A DNA stretch of 39,622 nt from NCBI GenBank assembly GCA_000697335.1, contig JNEM01011395.1, forward strand, positions 1 to 39,622. Direction: 5' to 3'. Of this stretch, positions 35,072 to 39,622 are shown one piece after another. The notes beneath the pieces were generated by a model that saw nothing but the letters and a program-made list of their open reading frames with translations, had not been told where the DNA came from and made no database searches. This DNA is from Conidiobolus incongruus B7586 (lineage: Eukaryota). Each line of letters opens with the position of its first letter. Within the stretch, counting starts at the first letter, position 1. The translations under genes were made by a program, and so were the position numbers.

Positions 35072-38000
35072 TTAGTTCAATTTTCTAACCTTCGTACTCT
35101 TTTCAATATTGTCCAATACTTCCCTATCCAATGTAGCTTCTTTCTTCTCGATACGTTCCGTAGAAGGATCTACAGATAAGCCTTCGATCTTAGGTTCCAC
35201 AAGTTGAATTAGTACACTTTGACGTAGTCCACCTTCACCACCACCGACTAGTTGTTTGGCGACGGAGATACGTACCATAACCTTTTGGAACATCTCAATG
35301 GTAGCTGGGCTACCACCTGAGGGTTCGAAGTGGAGTACATCTTGAACCTCGTCGTGCTGCACTTTAAGCGAGGTTTTGGCACCATCCTTGGCAGTTGCGT
35401 GGATGAGACCCTCGAGACCGTACTTGGGCACCAGTACGACGAAACCATTTTTCATCACGCGAATAACATAGCCCTTTTCGATTAGAACACGATCCCTGAA
35501 GTAATAATGAGTAAATACTTCCACAGAGCCTCTGGATGCTTTTTGGGCCATAGTGTGACGGAAGTTCAAATTATCACATACGGTCTTGACCTTTTCGCAA
35601 TCCAAGAGATTCCTGTCGAGCTGGACGTTGGGATTGATACTAGCTTCCAAAAGCCTATGAACCAAAACATCGGAGTAACGACGGATAGGTGATGTAAAAT
35701 GCGTATAGATATTGGTAGCTAAACCGTAGTGGTGGAATTCTTCCTCGCTGACTTTACCGGAACAGATGTATTTGGCCTGCAACATGCAACGAGTCGTCAT
35801 GATTCTCAGCAATTTGTTGAAGTAAGGATCTCCAGGTATTACAGCTTGATCCAAAGAATCTGCCAACTCTTTGGAACTTCCGTGCTTTATTTCAATACCG
35901 AATTTGTGGACTGCTTTCTTCAACTTTTCGAAATTACTATCAGGGGGTGTAGGATGCATACGGAGTACCGAGCACGATGGGAATTTGGTGAAGATGTGGG
36001 CGGCGACCGAAATATTCGCGAGTAACATGAATTCTTCGACGAGGGCGTTGGTGTCTTTAAGCTCTTTCATTTCGACGTCTACAGGATCTTGACTTTCATT
36101 CTCGAGACTGAAACGCACTTCGGGACTTGAAAGAGTTAAAGCACCGTTATCGAAACGACGTTGACGTAAGATTTTGGCGATCTTGTTGAGTGCTCGAATG
36201 CTTTGGGTCAAATCGTCTTGGGCGTTGGGGTCGTCAATACGGTTTTGGGCTTGTTCATAGGTGAAGGAGGCTTTACTGCGGATTACACTCTTGGTGAATT
36301 TGGTATCAACAATATTGGCATTTTGGTCAATTTCCCAAATGCAGGAGAATGCAAGTCTGTCAACGTTGCAGTGTAAAGAACACAAATTGGTTCCTAATAA
36401 TCCCGGAAGCATATCAATACGCTTGTTCACCAAGTATACGGTGGTACCTCTGTGAGCAGCTTCATTATCCATATGAGTACCTGGCTTAACAAAGTGGGTA
36501 ACATCGGCAATATGAACACCAACTTCGTAATTACCATTAGGTAAAAGTCTAGCGTGGAGAGCATCATCAATATCAGTACAACCTGGAGGATCGATACTAC
36601 AAATGTTAAGATCTCTAAGATCTTGTCGTCCTGGAAGATGTTCGTCACGAACAATCCAATCAGCCCCTTCTGGAGGCAATTCGTTGAGGATCTGCTTGCT
36701 AAATTCACTGAACGGCACATCGTGCTCCAATAGAAGTACGTGAGTTTCGGTATCTTTATCGCCAGCCATACCCAAACTCTTGACGAAATGACCATCCGGG
36801 AATCTGCGATCGATATTCCAATGATCGATGGAAACCACAATACGTTGATTTAATAAGCGAGCAGCCTGTGAAGTTCTGATTTTAATCTTGGGGATTCTTT
36901 GATCCATAGGAAAAAATGTAACCATTTGAGACACTGCATTCGATTCGTGGACGTTAGAAATGCTGTTACGATCTAAAAATCCACAATAGGGACGCCAATT
37001 CCTCTTTAAAATACCCACAACTTTACCACAAGGCTGCAAATTCTCTTCAGTTGAAGCTTTTTCGGAATCTAGGGCGGATTCATCTTCTTCGTTAATTACA
37101 ATGGTACCAGATTCGCCACGCCATTGGCTTTTGGGGAGGATTTCAACTACTACAATATCGTCCTGAATGGCGCGATTCATATCCATTCTACCAAGAATTG
37201 AAATGGCTTGCTCTTTGCCTTGGTATTTGGTATAAATGCTGCCTTCGAGATAGTTGTGCGTGCTCACATTCAATTTGCCCTGGTAAAATGTACCATTTTC
37301 AACACCGGCTTTGAGAACTACTTCTGGTAAGTGCTAATTTACAGTTAATTAAATAGATAGGCTAATATTAAAAATAAATGCTTACTTCCGGATACCTAAT
37401 CTGTTCCTTATCCTTTTTATCATCTTCACTACACAGCATATCGACCAAGTCGGATCTACCCTCTAAAGCCTCAACATACTCCCTGGTACTGACTGCGACC
37501 AAACCATCAGCAATAGCCTTCCTACGATTGTCGGCATCGTCGGTAATCAACACAACGCCAACACCAGGCTGCAAATGTTGCTGGAACCAAGCAGTCGCCC
37601 TCCTAATCGTCCTATCGTTGTAGTCATTAGGGGTCTCATCTGGTAATCTTTCAATAAACGTCTCCCTATGGTGATCGTTGGGGAACATTTTGACATTTGT
37701 ATCCAAGCCCAATCTACTTGTAATTAACTGCTTCATCTTCTGGTATGTTGAAATACTTCTATGTTCGACTTCTTTCAATACGGTTTGCAACAATATGAGA
37801 GGTTCTAATTGGGTAATAACATCCAACTAACAAAATTAATATTCGAAAACAAAACCAAAAATAATTCAATTTACCTGATGCAACAAGACGTTAGTATCTG
37901 GAATCAAATAATGAGGCTTCTTCAACACTTTCTCATTCTGACACTTTTCAACTTCTAAATTCTTGAGTAGGGAGTTTGGTTTAGTATTTTGGATTAACTC

Positions 38001-38120
38001 TATGCATTTTGGGCAGCCGTTAACACCACAAGGGATATCGTCACGTAAGTAGTGTTCTCGCACTACTTTCACGACTTTGCCCTTAGCGGTACGCTTGTGA
38101 AATGTGTTAGTTCTTAACAT
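35072..38120 (-). CDS. DIS3: exosome catalytic subunit Dis3/Rrp44, 982 aa; exons 38120-37875, 37826-37386, 37333-35072
   Basis: N-terminal REHYLRDDIPC..C..C CR3 motif, PIN domain (PDTNV, NDRTIR, TDDADN), RNB catalytic motif IDPPGCTDIDD, YTHFTSPIRRY.D, and S1 domain. Two phase-0 GT-AG introns of 48 and 52 nt join the three ORF-track pieces in frame. Confidence 0.97.
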
Positions 38121-39259
38121 TTCAAAACAATATTTAGAATTGATATAAATAAAATTTTAAAGTTTATAATTATATAAAAATTCAAGATTGAATATATTAA
38201 AATCTTCAAAAATTTGATGTTAATTAAACTTTTGTTATATATTGAACCTTAAATATGATAAATTTGAACGAAAATTCTAAATCTATAATTTAATCAATTT
38301 TGAATTTCATTAACGATTTATGGGATTTCAACAGTTTTGGATCAAATTATTTATTATCAAATGATAATTCTATTACAAATAATTTTAAACTATTAAAATA
38401 TTAGTCTATTCTGAATAAAATTCAACTATTCAAATTTTCTAAATAATTTACTCTTCAATTCATATTTATAAACTTTTGAATAAGGCTGAATATTGTATTA
38501 AACTTGGACAACTTATTTTCTTTTAATAATTAATACAGTTAATAAGAAATAGGATGGTATACGATAATTATATAATTGATACAAGTTTTATTTTACTAAA
38601 TTAATATCATTGTAAATATTGATGATTAAATAACTATTATCATTACCCTGTTTACTATGATTATATTCATAATAAAACTGTTCACTAAATGAAAAAATGG
38701 TTCAAATTACTTAATTGATCATCCAACTATGATGATAAAAACAAATATTTTATTCCAAGCTATTTATCATTTTATATAACCTTTTTAATTATGTTTGTGT
38801 CTTTTGAAAAATGAATATAATAAATCCTCTCCAATTTTGTGGGCAATTGATAAATTCCTAAAATAAATTAATCAATATATAACTTAATGGCACTAATTAC
38901 TAATTCTGAGTTAACCTAAAAATTCAAATGTTTACTATAGGGTTCGAAATCAAATAATGGCACTTTTTTCAAATTAGTTTTAAGTAAAATTGTTAATATA
39001 AAATGTTATTAAATAAATATACTCTATAAAAATAATACTCTCCTTTATTATTAACTTTTTGGCAAAAATATAGTAAGGTTTCAATATCTAAAAAACACCC
39101 TCTTTTATTTAAACTGAAATTTAATATTTCATAACCCTTGTTAATTTATAATTTGGAATTTGCTTTCTTATGATCTTATTTTTAACTTATTTGATCAATT
39201 ATTATCACTTAGGTTATAATCCAGTGAACATACTAAGTATAGTAGCTTTTATTTGCTGT

Positions 39260-39390
39260 TTAATTAAGAAAAGTGTCTATAACTTTAGCTCTATATATTT
39301 TATAGGTATTATATTAAAATAGTAATTTTTTAGGTTAGAAACAAGTTTTTAATACTTATATATAAATTTTATATTTCATATTTGACTTTA
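39260..39390 (-). pseudogene. possible hypermutated Tc1-family transposase fragment
   Basis: SNMKYKIYI*VLKTCF*PKKLLF*YNTYKIYRAKVIDTFLN reverts by transitions to a 'M...Y..VL......FQHD...IH.AK.V..FL' DDE segment. Confidence 0.4.
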
Positions 39391-39622
39391 AATAATAAAT
39401 TGAATTGTTTTATTAAGATTAATATAATTATTTAAATAATAATGATTCAATTAATATATATGTTTTTTCTCATTTATTGATTTTTCTAACTATTATAATT
39501 ATTTAAATTTAATATTATCATTTTCAATTTAATAATACACTAACTTATAAAAATAAGCTACAAAATAAAAATTATTTTTTTATTTTCTTGTATTTTAACA
39601 AATTTTATTTAAATTAATTTAA

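Noticed and set aside
35248..37623. Several short ORFs overlapping DIS3 in other frames or strands
   Set aside because: Shadow ORFs of a GC-richer conserved gene, with no recognisable motifs.

Overview
Very AT-rich eukaryotic DNA with short (~50 nt) spliceosomal introns. It is most consistent with an early-diverging fungus (Conidiobolus/Entomophthorales-like; this is inference from composition and gene style only). The right end carries conserved genes: a 3-exon stand-alone SRA/YDG-domain gene whose second intron is GC-AG, a tRNA-Glu(CTC), and a 3-exon DIS3/RRP44. The centre (10.5-28.4 kb) is a head-to-tail tandem array of about 12 paralogs encoding only the bipartite HTH DNA-binding part of a Tc1-type transposase, with no DDE domain and no TIRs seen. 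Three copies are intact and the rest are pseudogenes. A 13th copy lies on the opposite strand between the tRNA and DIS3. The flanks hold transposon relics missed by the ORF track because they are saturated with C->T/G->A transitions: a complete 1.56 kb DD34E Tc1 element with TIRs and TA TSD (7087-8650), a DD34D mariner fragment, further Tc1 fragments, and an inverted pair of ~390 bp LTR-like repeats. The best candidate for an undescribed system is a birth-and-death cluster of domesticated transposase DNA-binding proteins next to a methylcytosine reader, in a genome showing RIP-like hypermutation. Pseudogene boundaries are approximate and all alignments were done by eye.
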